A stretch of 56,590 nucleotides of DNA. It comes from Moniliella sp. 'wahieum' (Eukaryota). Every line of letters starts with the position of its first letter. Position 1 is the first letter of the stretch. The translations under genes and the position numbers were made by a program. Shown piece by piece: positions 37,001 through 49,100 of the stretch. The DNA is taken from NCBI GenBank assembly GCA_003971905.1, contig RSEE01000119.1, positions 124,001 through 180,590 on the forward strand. The letters run 5' to 3'. The notes under the pieces are model-generated. The model searched no databases, had not been told where the DNA came from, and was given only the letters and a program-made list of their open reading frames with translations.

Positions 37001-37494
37001 GTGGCGGACGCCAATGGCTTCCTCCGTCCAGCTACTCGCCTCAGTCAAAGCTCTACGTCCGATGGCTCCGAGGCCGAAGATGACCGTTGGGGCGCCGACA
37101 TTGGCGGGTACGACGAGACCCAGCCTCCTCCGCCGCTACTTGCTCCCTTGGGAAATCCTGCCATGGGGCTAGCACCGAAATGATTGGCACGCATGACATG
37201 GCTGCCATTTTGGACAATGGTCAGTGGTCTGACGATGAGGAGACCCGTCCCTCTGCCCCGCCTATGCCGGCTGAGCCGTGGCAAAAGGAACATTCGTTTA
37301 GTCCCTATCCTCCTTTGGCCTCCTACCCTTCCCAGGGTCCTGACATGAGCACGACGAGCAAGCATGTCTCTTACGCGCCCCTTCCTTCACGTTCGCCCAA
37401 CGTGCTTCCTCCCGCTTCACCCGCCTACCCGCATGCTTCTAGCATCGAGAAGGCTCCCACGCAACACGTTCGCAACCGCTCGCGTGGCACCTAA
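34029..37494 (+). CDS. CHS: Chitin synthase, division 2 (class IV-like), GT2
   Basis: N-terminal [88 protein letters not shown] and [12 protein letters not shown]. Intron 34835..34904. No myosin motor domain. Confidence 0.95.
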
Positions 37495-38059
37495 TCTTCC
37501 AAGGCCTGGTCTTGAGGGCCGCTCTGATGGAGCAAGGCCCCATAGCTTTGTGGCCTCTAGTTTGTTTCTTCATTTTTTGCGAAGGGTTTGTGCCTCTTTT
37601 TTCACTTCCTTGTGCTATCTTTTGCACTTTGTTCGCTTTGCACCCCGGGTTCCCCGCATCAACAGTATCTCCCCCCCCCCCCCCCCCCCGCACCAACTTC
37701 CTTTGCCCCGTGTCCGCATTTCCCCTTCTTCCTTCTTTACACAACGGTCCTCTTCCGCGTGGTTTGGTTGGTGCCTCTTCGTCTTCACGTTCACTCTTTC
37801 CCCACAGATGTATTCCTCCTTGTGGGACCTGTTCCCAACCCTCTCGTTTCCCTCTGCTCAATCAATCCCTCCTCTCTCCCACCAGCTTTGTTCGCACCCT
37901 CTTTGTCCTCCCTCTCGTCTAGTCTCTCGCTCTCCCTCTCCGTCTTGCCACGGACTCCGATCCTCCACATCAAAGCAACAACGTTCGTTTGGACCCAGCT
38001 GATGAGGAAAACGGTGGGAAGGGAAACAAACATGATCGACCAAGGTAGGAAAACAGGAC

Positions 38060-39670
38060 TTAGGCAAACCCAAACCCTTCACCTCCCTCGTGCATGGCTG
38101 TCAAGAGTGATTGGCGCAGCTTGTCATACGAGTCGTACTGAGGCAGGTCGAGTTGGTTGAAACAGGTGTGACTGGCGGGCAGTCGATTGTCCCCATAAGC
38201 CTTGTGGATATTGAACCGCTGGGTGCCTTGCACACCTTGCAGGTGACCAAACCCCTCGAGCGGGACCTTGGACGTACCCGTGATGAACTGCAGCAGTTTG
38301 GCCTTTTCGGTCTGGTCAAAGCTGCGGACCGCACGCCAGAACCATTGGATCACCGGGTCGGCCGAGCTGTATCCGTGCAGTTCGGTATTGTTCTTCCAGC
38401 TGTCAACCTCAATATCGGGCAAGCCCGAGATGAGCAGCTCGAGCTCTTGCTCGTAAAGATACGAATCAGCTCGGGGGGATAATGTCGTGGAAGCCCTTGA
38501 GGAAAGCGTTGATTTGCATCTGGATTTCCTTGGTCAACCGTTGCTCAGTGACAAGGCGGACGTATTCCACCTTATTCTCCTCAGTCACGGGGATAGTAAG
38601 GCCCTTCGGTTTCAATTCGATTGTCCTTTGCACACCAAAGTCCTCGGAATCGACGGAAAAGGTCAGGTCCAAGACGCCGTTGATGTCGTTGTTAAGCATC
38701 CACTCTAGCGACTTGAAGTATTCGGGATCGATCGCTTCTATGTCGCGGTAGTCGACCTTTTTCCCCAGGATGTGCTTGTAGAAGGACCGGCTAAAGTAGG
38801 CATCCAACAATCGGTTGTCGTAGATGGCTTTGCCAATGATGCGCCCCACAAAAGTAAAAAAGGAAAGATGCTCCTCGTTGACCCAACTCATCCGATTCGG
38901 TTGGAACGTGTTGCGGTCGGCTGCACAGGGGGCAAACAACGCGTTGTCCGGGTTGAACATGGCTCGAGCCAAGACGCTGAACCACTCGCGCGTTACACCG
39001 CCCGCATCGACACCTTCCTCCCCCGAGAATCGTACGTTGAGTTTGCCATGCTTGATTTCGGGGCCCGAGTGGCGAAGGAAGAAACGATACGAGTCGTAAA
39101 ATACATCGCTCCTGCGTACAGTTAGATTGAGGGTGGTGTAGTGCTCTCGGCGACCTTTGTGCAATTGCTGGGTAAAGTAATTGCGCTTATTGTCAAAGTC
39201 AAGCGCTTGCGGGTTCTGGACCATCAGAGAGAAACTGCCGCTCATCAAGGAAGGGTTCTGCCGGACCATGGTGTTGAGGATCTTGCGATGCTTCTCGGTG
39301 AAACGGAAAAAGTTTTCAGCCATCACCTCGGTCGGGGTGCGGGGCTCGACCTCCGAAGCGGGTGCATCGAGCGGAGGGCTGACACGCTGCCGACGACGTG
39401 CTTCAAATGCACCTTCACCGCTACGTGTTTGGAGACAACCATCAAGCTCTCAATCAAGGGGAACACCTGTGCTGCCGAAGGATCGTCTTCCAGCCGCGTC
39501 AGCGCCTCCGACAACCGTGCCCACAACGGTTCAAAGTGAAATTGCTCGTAATCTGAGCGAGCTCGGCTTCATTGGCGGCGTCTTGGCGGTGGGCCGCCTC
39601 AGCGTCCTCCTTGGAAGGCGCTGCTTGGCGTCGAGGTCCACCAGGGCGCATGCCAGAGAAATAACGTCTA
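38060..39670 (-). CDS. TOM1: C-terminal fragment of HECT E3 ubiquitin ligase Tom1/HUWE1
   Basis: [77 protein letters not shown], catalytic [16 protein letters not shown] and terminal GFGFA-stop. Only about 530 codons are present. Confidence 0.9.
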
Positions 39671-39693
39671 GGAGCGAGGGCGCATCGGTGGAG

Positions 39694-39760
39694 CCCATAC
39701 CCATGCCCATACCCATACCCATACCCATGCCGCCCATGCCCATCCCCATGCCCATCCCCA
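39694..39760. repeat. (CCCATV)n hexamer repeat next to the TOM1 breakpoint
   Basis: CCCATA CCCATG CCCATA CCCATA CCCATA CCCATG...; reads MGMGMG or GHGYG on the - strand. Confidence 0.85.
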
Positions 39761-41332
39761 GCTCGCCTGGTGGAAGGGGTGGAGCGTATGGAGCCGGGGA
39801 TGGGGGAGCTGGTACCAAAGGCAAGCAGGGACCCTCGGGGGCCGTCGTCCTCGTTGCCAACAATGGTGTGGAAGAGGCCGGAGTGGAGGAGAGCAGCTCG
39901 GAGGGGACGCCGTTTCCACCGGGGTGCTGTTGGGGGGGTGGCGGGGCATGGCGGGAAGGAGAAGGGGGGGACGGAGGGACGGAGAGACGGAGGGAAGGGG
40001 GAAGGAGAGGAAGAGGACAGCGGAGGAGCAAGCACAGCAGGCCGCGGCGGTGGTCGGGGCGCGAGAGAGTGTGCGGGAAGAAGCGCCACCAGGAGTCGGA
40101 CGCCAACACAAATCCAGCAGAGCGCAGTGTGTGCGCGACAGACGGGCAACGACCGGAAATCGCAAATTACATCGCCAGCCCCTCTCCCCGGCGGAACTCG
40201 GCCCACGCCACTCGGCGGAATTGCACGCTCCGGTGCCCCTTTTACAACCACCTCTCCGCATCATGCCGATGTTGCTTTGATATAGTATAGTACAGATGTG
40301 CATGCTCTCACCCCAAGCGGTCTCACCTGGTTGTAGCTTGCAACGTCCCGTTCCTGTCAAAGAACCTCCAGAGACCATCACATCCAGGTGGGGAAAGAGG
40401 GAGTTATTCCTGTTAACTCAGTGCAACTTTTGAACCACCCCAGAAATGATCAAGAAAGTCGCACACCACCACCAAACACTGCAACGAAGAGGAGAAAGAG
40501 AGCTGACGCTGTTCTAAACCCCTCGTTATTATATCAGAGCCCCACGGACTGGAGCAGTAGGGGGTACATGAGGCGAATGAGAGTGTGAGAGCCAGGGGGG
40601 ATGGTGCGCTGGATGAGAAACGTTGTGGGCGCGCTAGGACCTAATACCTGGGACGAGAGCTGCTACCTACCACCTACCACCTACCCGGGGAGGGCGGAGG
40701 CGGAGATGGGAAGAGCCCGCAATAGAAAGACCGCCGATGTTGGGTACGGTCATGCGACCAACACAGACAGACCAAGGAGACAAGCAGGGTGGCAACGCAG
40801 ATGTGATCATGACGTCATGGTGCCATTCCGCCGGCGGCCTGCATTCCGCTGCTGGGGAGAGAGATGAGATCTGAGAGATCGAATATCGATGGGGTCAGAC
40901 CGAGGAGGCGGGGATCTGAGAGATGGGAGGGGCTGTGGGTCAAAGGCCGAAGAAGAGCGGTGGGCTGCCTGGTGTGCTGCTTTGCGCAGCTGGCTGCGAT
41001 CTCCACTGGGATCCACCAGTGGCCCACGTTTCAGCTCTCGGATCTCAGATGCGCAGACTCTTGCTTTCTTCCGCCGCCGCGACCGCTTGTACGTCACGCG
41101 TCGCTGCGTCACCTCCCCACGCCCATCCCCCACCCCTCTGGAGCAACAGGACGATCGATGAGGCAAGGATCGATGAGAATGACGCATGGTGGTCGCGCGT
41201 CAACTGTCGCTTTGAAGCTGGGACCAGCGGGGACTCTGGAAGCTTGACGCTTGAAGCTCATGAAGCTAGTATGGTTCAACGACGCCAGGCACAACATCGT
41301 GCCTTTTGGATCGGGCCCTAGCCAGCCTAGCT

Positions 41333-41354
41333 AGGCCTAAGGCCTAACCTAACC
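41333..41354. promoter_or_regulatory. Candidate promoter element, (AGGCCTA)2 merging into CCTAACC units
   Basis: AGGCCTAAGGCCTAACCTAACC about 220 bp upstream of the CRY-DASH ATG; AGCTTGA-type heptads also at 41241..41267. Confidence 0.45.
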
Positions 41355-41567
41355 CCCCCTGTGGCTTGGAGCAAAACGTCACATGCACATGTCACATCCT
41401 AACCACCCGCCCTACTTAGACAGCATTGGATATTGATTGGTCCGTCGCTTAGCCCATCGACCACACGCACAACCCTCCAGCACTCCGTTCCACCCGGACG
41501 CGTTCCTCCTTGCATACCAAACCTCCCGCCGCCCCCCCCTTCTTCCTTGCCAGCCGCCGCCACCGCC

Positions 41568-44500
41568 ATGGACCCTAGCTGGACGGATGGGCAGGACGTG
41601 CTGTGTGTGGCCAACAACACAGGGCCTACCGATCGCAGCTTCCGCTCTGGCTCTGGCTCTGGATCCGGTGGAAGCAGTGGCAACCAGTCTGACAAATCGT
41701 CCACTGGCTCGAGCCTGCACCACTCGGTGTCTGAAGGCTCTGAGCCTCAGCCTGAGCCCAACAACTCCGAGGCCGATACTGCGCCCGGCTCGGTCCCCAC
41801 TGTCTTTCACGTGGCTGCCTCTACGGCAGCCAAAGGTACCCCTCCTCCGTTTGTCGAACGTCCGAATGGCGCTGGGTCGAATTCGCATAGTCCCAAGGAC
41901 AAGGACGAACCGTCGGAGGCTTCCTCGCCACGGTATTCCAGGAATCAAACCGTCACGGACTCCGCTGCATCGTTCCTACCGAGCAGGGAGGGAAGAGACC
42001 GTGGTAGTGGCGCTTATGGTTCGACTGACCGTACGACAGCCAGTGCCATGGATGGTACTGCAGCAGTACCGTTACTACAACCAGGAACCGCATCCGTCAT
42101 TGACCGTGAGGGGCGTCCATCCTGATTGTTCTGCTCCGTAACGACTTGCGCATTACCGACAATCCCCTTTTCACCTCTGCCCATCGTGACCGTGCGCCGC
42201 CACCGCCGACTTGGATGGGCCAGAATCTGCATTTCAAAGCGCACGGTAACAGTATGCGTTTGGGTCAAGCTCTCCTTGGGCCTGGCTTACCCAACCACAC
42301 CCTTCAAGGGATTGATGGTGGGGGTGTCTTTGCCGACGAGTGGAATCTGGCTTCCCAGTCACAGTACATTCTTCCCCTTTTTGTATTTGACGAACGGACC
42401 ATTGAGCTTTCGGGCTTGCCCAACTACGAGCGCAAAGGCCCCGAGGCCCGCACGCCGACGTATGGCTTCTGGAAAACGGGTGGTTTTCGTGTTCGGTTCA
42501 TCGTGGAGTGTGTGGCGGACTTGCGGCAGAACCTGCTCAAGCGTGGTTCGGACCTACTGATCCGCTTTGGCAAAACGGAGGACGTGCTAGGCGAGTTGGT
42601 CGCTTCGCTGCAAGCTCAGGGTGACTCTGTCGAGGGAGTATGGATGCAGAAGGAGGCCGCATCCGAAGACATTGAGATTGAGAACGCTGTGGCTAAAACT
42701 CTGCACAGTCGGCAGGTACAGCTCAGCTTTGCCTATGGGAAAACCCTGATCCACCCTGCCGACTTGCCGTTTGACATCAAAGAGACCCCAGATGTCTTCA
42801 CTCCCTTCCGGAAGCGGGTCGAATCGCTAGGAAAGCGTATGGTCCGCTCCACTGCTCATCCTCCTGCTCGTTTCAAGCCTTTCCCGCTCCACATTCACGA
42901 CACGCGCAACTACTCACTTGATATCGACCCTCATTCGGACATTAATGGTGTCCTCAATAGTGGGCACGCTACGGCCAAAGTCTCTCGCCCGCCTACATAT
43001 GCAGCAGCCACAGGCCAAGTCAACGAGGAAACCGAGACTATCTCCTGGGATGACCTGATGAAGTTCCTTCTTCATGCCATCATTCAGCCCCAGTGTGCAG
43101 AAGCCCTGAACGACTATGCGATGCTCACCTCGCGCCACACTGCATCGGCCTTCCCCTTCCGGGGCGGAGAGACGTCGGCCCTAGAGCGACTAGAGTGGTA
43201 CTTTATTCGGGGCCGAATGGCTTCGGGCCCTGCGGCCAAGGAACGTCTTCCGCCTGTGGCCCGTTACAAGCAAACTAGAAACAATCTTCTGGGATCGGGA
43301 TACAGCACCAAAATGTCGCCGTTCCTTGCCTACGGTTGTATCTCGGCTCGGCAGATCTGGGAGGTTTTGGACCAGCTCGAGGAACGACTCGGGGAGGACC
43401 AGAACACGTATTGGGTCAGATTCGAGCTGATGTGGCGCGATTACTTTTTCCTTGCAGCCGCCAAGTTCGGCGATCTTCTCTACTCCCTGGGTGGCTTCGA
43501 AATGATCACCGACCCGCCCCAGGCGGAAAAGAAACAGTCTTGGTGGAAGATGTGGGACCCTTTGGCTGACGAGCCTAATAACCACGTCACTCGTCTGCTC
43601 GAGGCCCGCACAGGCATTCCATTTATCGATGCCAACGTGACCGAGCTGCGCGAGAGCGGGTTTATGTCCAATCGTGGACGGCAAAATGTGGCTTCGTTCT
43701 TGTCCAAAGATTTGGCCTGCGACTGGCGGGTCGGGGCCGAGTTCTTTGCTAGCCATTTGATTGATTATGATGCGACGTCCAACTACGGCAATTGGTACGG
43801 ACCCCCATTGCTTGTTGTATAGATCAGCCACTGACCTTCCTTTTGTTTCTTCATACAAGGCAATATGTCGCTGGCGTTGGTAATGATCCCCGCGCTTCTC
43901 GCCAATTCAACACCATCAAGCAAGCCCTCGACTTTGACTGGCCTGGAGATTACGTGAAGACATGGCTTCCCATTTTGCGCAACTTACCAGTCGAGTATAT
44001 TCAAACACCGTGGCTCTTGTCGGATGAGGAACGGTGGCAGTATGGGTTGAAGAGCTCGGATGCCAAATCTTCCATCACTACCTACCCTTCTCGGCCTATG
44101 ATTGAGCTCGACTCGTGGCGCAAACATTACGACCGCCGTGGAGGTTCAGGGTCCAAGATGCGTGGCAACCCGCAGGAGAAGGTTAAGGACGTGACGGAAC
44201 GGTTCCGTCGGTTGAAGCTGTTCCATTCCCATGCTCACAGTCACAGCCACAGCCACGACCCACCACCACCATCATCACCACATGGATGCAGGGAGGACCA
44301 CTCCCGATGTCTCTGGCTTACCCTCGAGATGGAAACCGACAGCGGGGCTCTGGGAGCGCAACCAAGCTGCGTCGGAACTGGATGGCCGAGGACAAGGAAA
44401 CGAGAGCACCTCGAGTGGAGGTGGAAGTGGCGGTTCGAAAAACGAGGGGGGCAGCTCGACCTTTGGAACGGACAGTTCATCCAGTCTGTCCCTGGGGTCG

Positions 44501-45477
44501 ATGCCCTTGCGCATGCCGGCTGCGCCCAGGTTCAATCGCCACCACCCGGACCGTCGGGTTATCATCAGCGATCCCTCGTTGACATCGCTTTCGAACGGCT
44601 CTTCAGGCAACACATCATCCTCTCCTTCCTATGCCACTCCGCTTGGCACGCCCCCTAACGGGGTTCCTCTCTCTGTTGGCGTGTCTACTTGGGACGTACT
44701 GCATCGGTCCCGTCTGCCGCCTGCTCCCGAACCGTCTGCCCGCTCTGCTCCTTACTTGCCCCAGCACAGCGTGGACCCATACAATGGTATGCGCAACGAC
44801 GATGCAGGGCAGTACTCTGATCGGAATGTGCCCCTCAACCCCTCTCGGAGTTTCAATGGCGGCATGCCCCCCCGTCTTTCTTCAACGCTCGACCCCAAAA
44901 CCCCCTCCCGTTGGGGATATTATGGTACTGGTGATGGCTCCAGTGGTAGTGACAGTCCCGCCATCCCAAGCTTCCGGGGCGTTCCCAGGGCTCAGGAAGG
45001 GGAAGTAGCCGGAATGCGTTCGCCACGATGGACCGGAATCAGTATGCCATTCCAAGTGGACCTGTGCAATCGCCTGCACCGCACAGTCTGCGTAAACCCG
45101 CTGGAGACAGGGGTGGAGGCGCTCCAGGGATACGGACGTTGAGTGAAACGCATCCCACCATGTCCTATACGCCACGACCCACGATCAGCACAGCTCATGT
45201 ATCCTCCTCTGGCCCAGAAAATTGTGCGATGACGGCGAGTGCATCGGCAATAGGACCCGGCGCTACGTCGCAAGCCTCAATTGGCAGAAACCAAGTGACG
45301 TCCACCTCGTCCGTTTCGGTTTCGGCTTCCTCTTCTTCGCCCATGCCACGTCGGCCCTATTCCTTGCCGCAACACCCTGGCCCCGTTTCCCTCCCTCCCG
45401 CCCAACCCGTACCGCGCCCACAACCACAACTACATGCCCACTTCCCTTCCGGATCAGGAGGCGCCTTGGCTTGCTGA
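41568..45477 (+). CDS. Cryptochrome DASH (photolyase/cryptochrome family) with long disordered extensions
   Basis: LLRNDLRITDNP, ILPLFVFDER, FWKTGGFRVRFIVECVADLR, FRGGETSALERL, YKQTRNNLLG..YSTKMSPFLAYGCISARQI, FELMWRDYF, GFMSNRGRQNVASFL and DYDATSNYGNW/QYVAGVGNDPR across intron 43795..43859. 3' end approximate. Confidence 0.93.
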
Positions 45478-46108
45478 TGCCCCCCGCTCCTACGATCCAT
45501 ATGATCCATGGAGGCGGCATGGATGAGTGTGGGAGAAGAGGCAGGCAGCTCTCATGTCGTTGCGGATGAGAACATTTCTTTGTGCACATTATTGTTCGTC
45601 TAATTCGGTCCACACCACCAATCAGTCATGCCGACAGGCCACCGATTCGATAGGAGGAGGGGTATAGTTCCAACGCAGGGGTGGCGCCTCAGGCCCACAG
45701 GCTCCTCTTTTTTGGATCTGAGTACTAACTGTTCTGCGGTGTATAACTCTAGTGAGAGGAGGGATAGCTGGTGTGTTTAATGAGCGGGTTTGAGATGCAT
45801 TTTTACACTGTGGGACTTTGGTTTACTAGCAGACGCCCTTATAGAGGCATCGACGCGCCCTCGAGATGATGACGGTCACTGCGAATTGTCGAGTTCGTCC
45901 AATCTGTTGCCTGTATATATATTGGCAGGCCGTTGCAAAACACGTCGAAACACGCCGCGGCCAGAAAGAAAGACGTGAAACTTTCATGTGTTGGAACTGT
46001 GCATTTTAATGGGCGGCAGACGCGTTCAGTCGGGCTCGAAAGCTTTCGCCCAAACCCCATCACCAGCACCACCGCCGCCACCGCCTCTGCCGCCAGCAGC
46101 TGCCGGCC

Positions 46109-49100
46109 ATGTCCCAGCATCCACTCGATGCCATACCCCGTGCCGTCGAGCGGCGCAAGGAGGCCTTTCGAGCGGTGACGGATGGATCGGCGCGCATCCT
46201 TGCTCCTCCTTCTGGTCCTGGCGGCCGAGAGGCAAACCAAGACGGCGCTGGCGCTACACCCGACGACGCGTCGGAAGCTGAGACGGCCGGTAGGCATGCA
46301 ATGCTTCGTCTCCTCGCCGCTGAGTACCTCCTACCTCTTCTTCCTGAACATCCTGAGAGGCCTGCGCTCCTTGCCGCCTCGCTGGCCTCCCCCCGCCCTT
46401 CCTCCGCATTTGGCCCACAAGAGACACTCGAATTTTTTGTACGCAGCGACCAGTTTTCTTCCCTCTTTGTTCACCGCTTTCAACTTGATCCAAACCACCC
46501 CGAGGATCAGAATCAATCGGCACCCGTGATGATCTGGATCATCCCTCGTCTTTTGGTCGCCCACGCCGCTCTTTTCTCGCATCCTCCGTCTGAGCCCGAT
46601 CACCTTGCTCTGGCCAGTAGTCTTGCCCGCTGGACAAGACAGTTTGTCAGCCAGGCCAGCCTACTCACTCCCTCACGCTCACTGATCATACCAATATTGC
46701 GCTCTGCTTTTGCTCTTGCCCTCCGTGCTTTTGTCTTGAGCCGTCGCCCCGCATTTTCCTTCAAGGATGCCGACGTGGACGCTGTGCTGGCCGACCGCCA
46801 AGCTGTGCCCCCTCCTCTTCCTGGTGAAGCGGTTTTGACCCTCCTCCCCGATGGCCTCACCTTCGCCCCTGCTCCAACCCCCAAGCCAGCAGAAGTACGA
46901 GTGCTATGGCTCAAGGAGGATAACATGAGTCTCAGGGTTGATCTGAGTGTGTCGGATGTCCCTTCTTCGGAGGTGGAGTCATCGACCGCAGCAGCAGCAA
47001 GCTCGTTTTGCCAGATCCATTTTGTCTTCTTTGGTCATTATCCTGGCACCCCTCTCGCGATCGGATCCCAAGACCTTTGCCACACTGCCCATGTCTGTCG
47101 CTAGGTTTTGGCTGGACAATTGGCGGCTTGATTTAGCCACTGTTTCCGCTCCTCCCCCCGGGGGGCTGCCTGCCAGCCATGTGCCAGCCTCCATTGCTGC
47201 TGCCCGCGTGGCTGCGGCTTCCGAGCTGGTTCATTTAGTAAAGGACGGAATGACTGGCGTTGCATGTCATGCACCCAGCGCAGTCGAATTTGCTCTGGCT
47301 CAAGTTGAGGTCTATGTGCCCTTCACTGCGCTCGGAACAGCATCTTCAGATGGATTTCCTCCTAACTCTGCGTCCGAGGCAGATGTGTACGCCTTGCTCG
47401 CTATCCTGAAAGAGACGACGAGCCTCCTGCAAGCTGTCCGAGGCACACAATCCGACCAGCTCATTTCGACAGTCCGCGCCCTGCTTTTGCCTCGGGCAGC
47501 TGACTTGGCCACCTTTGTCACCTCTCCCGTTTCTGTATCCGACTCCGCCACTGAAACAAGTGCGTCAGGCTCGGTGGAGGGTGCGACGACCAATCGGTTG
47601 GCGGACGATATTCTCAATTGGAGTAGGGCATATGCGTGGGAAGCGCTCCTGTTCCTTGCCTCACCCGCTGGGAAGGGCACACCCAATCGCACCATTCTTG
47701 CCGACGCTGTGGCCCGTTTATTGACGGTGCAGGCGGCCGCTCACCCATCCCAGAGTCAACCTGCGCTGACCTTCCTTGCTGCCCCAGCAGCTGATGGGGC
47801 ACCGACCGTCCCCGCCCCAGCGTGGATGCTTCCATCGCAAGTGTATGATACGCGGCTCTTATTAACAGCTCCTGAACCCGCCCCACCGCCCACTAAACGC
47901 TCCTCCAACCATGAACCCACTGCAAATGGGGAGCGGGGGGGCAAACGAGCTCGGTCGACATCTTACTCTCTGGGCGGTCGCCTTGCTGCCCGACCAGGCC
48001 CAGATTCCCGTTGGACTTTGGAGGAAATCATAGCCTCACCCGCTTTACCGTTGGACCCATGGGCGGACAGCGATCAGTTTGCGCGGGCGGCGCTGCGCAT
48101 GTGCGCGTATGCTCATGGTGTTTTGTCGCCCGCGGGAGCAGCGCAGAACCCAGGCAAGTGGACTTGCTCGGTGTGTGATGCCCGCATTCCGTCCTTGAGC
48201 GCTATGGCAGGCTTGACTTTTGCATCGGGTTCTTCCTGGCGCACCCATTCGTTGACGGGGGCCAGTCGGGTTCTTTCCTCCACGCCGGACGAGCAACCGT
48301 CCCTTCAAACGGCCCCAATCGCCGCACCTGATGCCGGTAAGGCTTTGGACCGGATTGTTGGATCGCTCAAAGCTGTGATGAGCAGGCATCTCTCTGTTTT
48401 CGGTTCCCCCTCCGCTCCGGTCGCCACCGCTCCTACACAGATGGTAGCGGACGACAAAGTCGGTATGACGGGCGCTGCACGAGCACTGCAATCCTTCCGC
48501 CGCATCCTAGCCCATTGCGAGGAATCGGCTGTGGACGACATGGATTACATTGCCCTATTTGAGATGGTCAAGACGGCCTTGATCGTCCGTTCGCGCGCGT
48601 GCAATGTGGCGGCAATGGCGTTGTTGTGTACCGTGGGGCGGCGCTTTGAGTATTTGCACACTGTGCGCAAAAAGGCTCATGCTCTGCTCGTTCTCAACTG
48701 CATCAGCGCGCTGCATACACAGCTCCTTTCCACTTCCGACTCACGCATCGTTGCTACCACGGTAGAGAGTTTGGGGCGGGTGGGGCAACTCAACTCGGAC
48801 ACGTTACTGGAAAATGCGCTTCTGAAATTGGTTGAATCGCTTGGTTCGGGGCCCTACACAGCCAGCTTGGCGTATACCCAGATTGCAGCTCTGGCCCGCT
48901 ACAAGGGAGGGACTACTTTCCAACTCCTGCTCCCTTATATGGGGCAACTCAGTGTTTTGGTGGTACTCAAATCTGAGACGGCCCCGTCGTTGCTGGAGGA
49001 TGTCCTACGGCTGACAGGGTGAGCAAGTCCAAATTCTTGCAAGCTACCAAGAACGACGTGGTTCCGGCGTTGATCAAATCCCAGCAGCTCAAACTGTTAC

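Noticed and set aside
3746..39670. Functional cluster of ubiquitin and endosomal genes (arrestin-like, SSH4, YPK9, SNX4, HECT ligase)
   Set aside because: Genes are interspersed with unrelated ones, the HECT is Tom1 and not Rsp5, and these categories are common; no support without synteny data.
41741..41758. TGAGCCTCAGCCTGAGCC resembling the intergenic heptads
   Set aside because: Period is 6 and it encodes EPQPEP in the CRY-DASH N-terminal arm.
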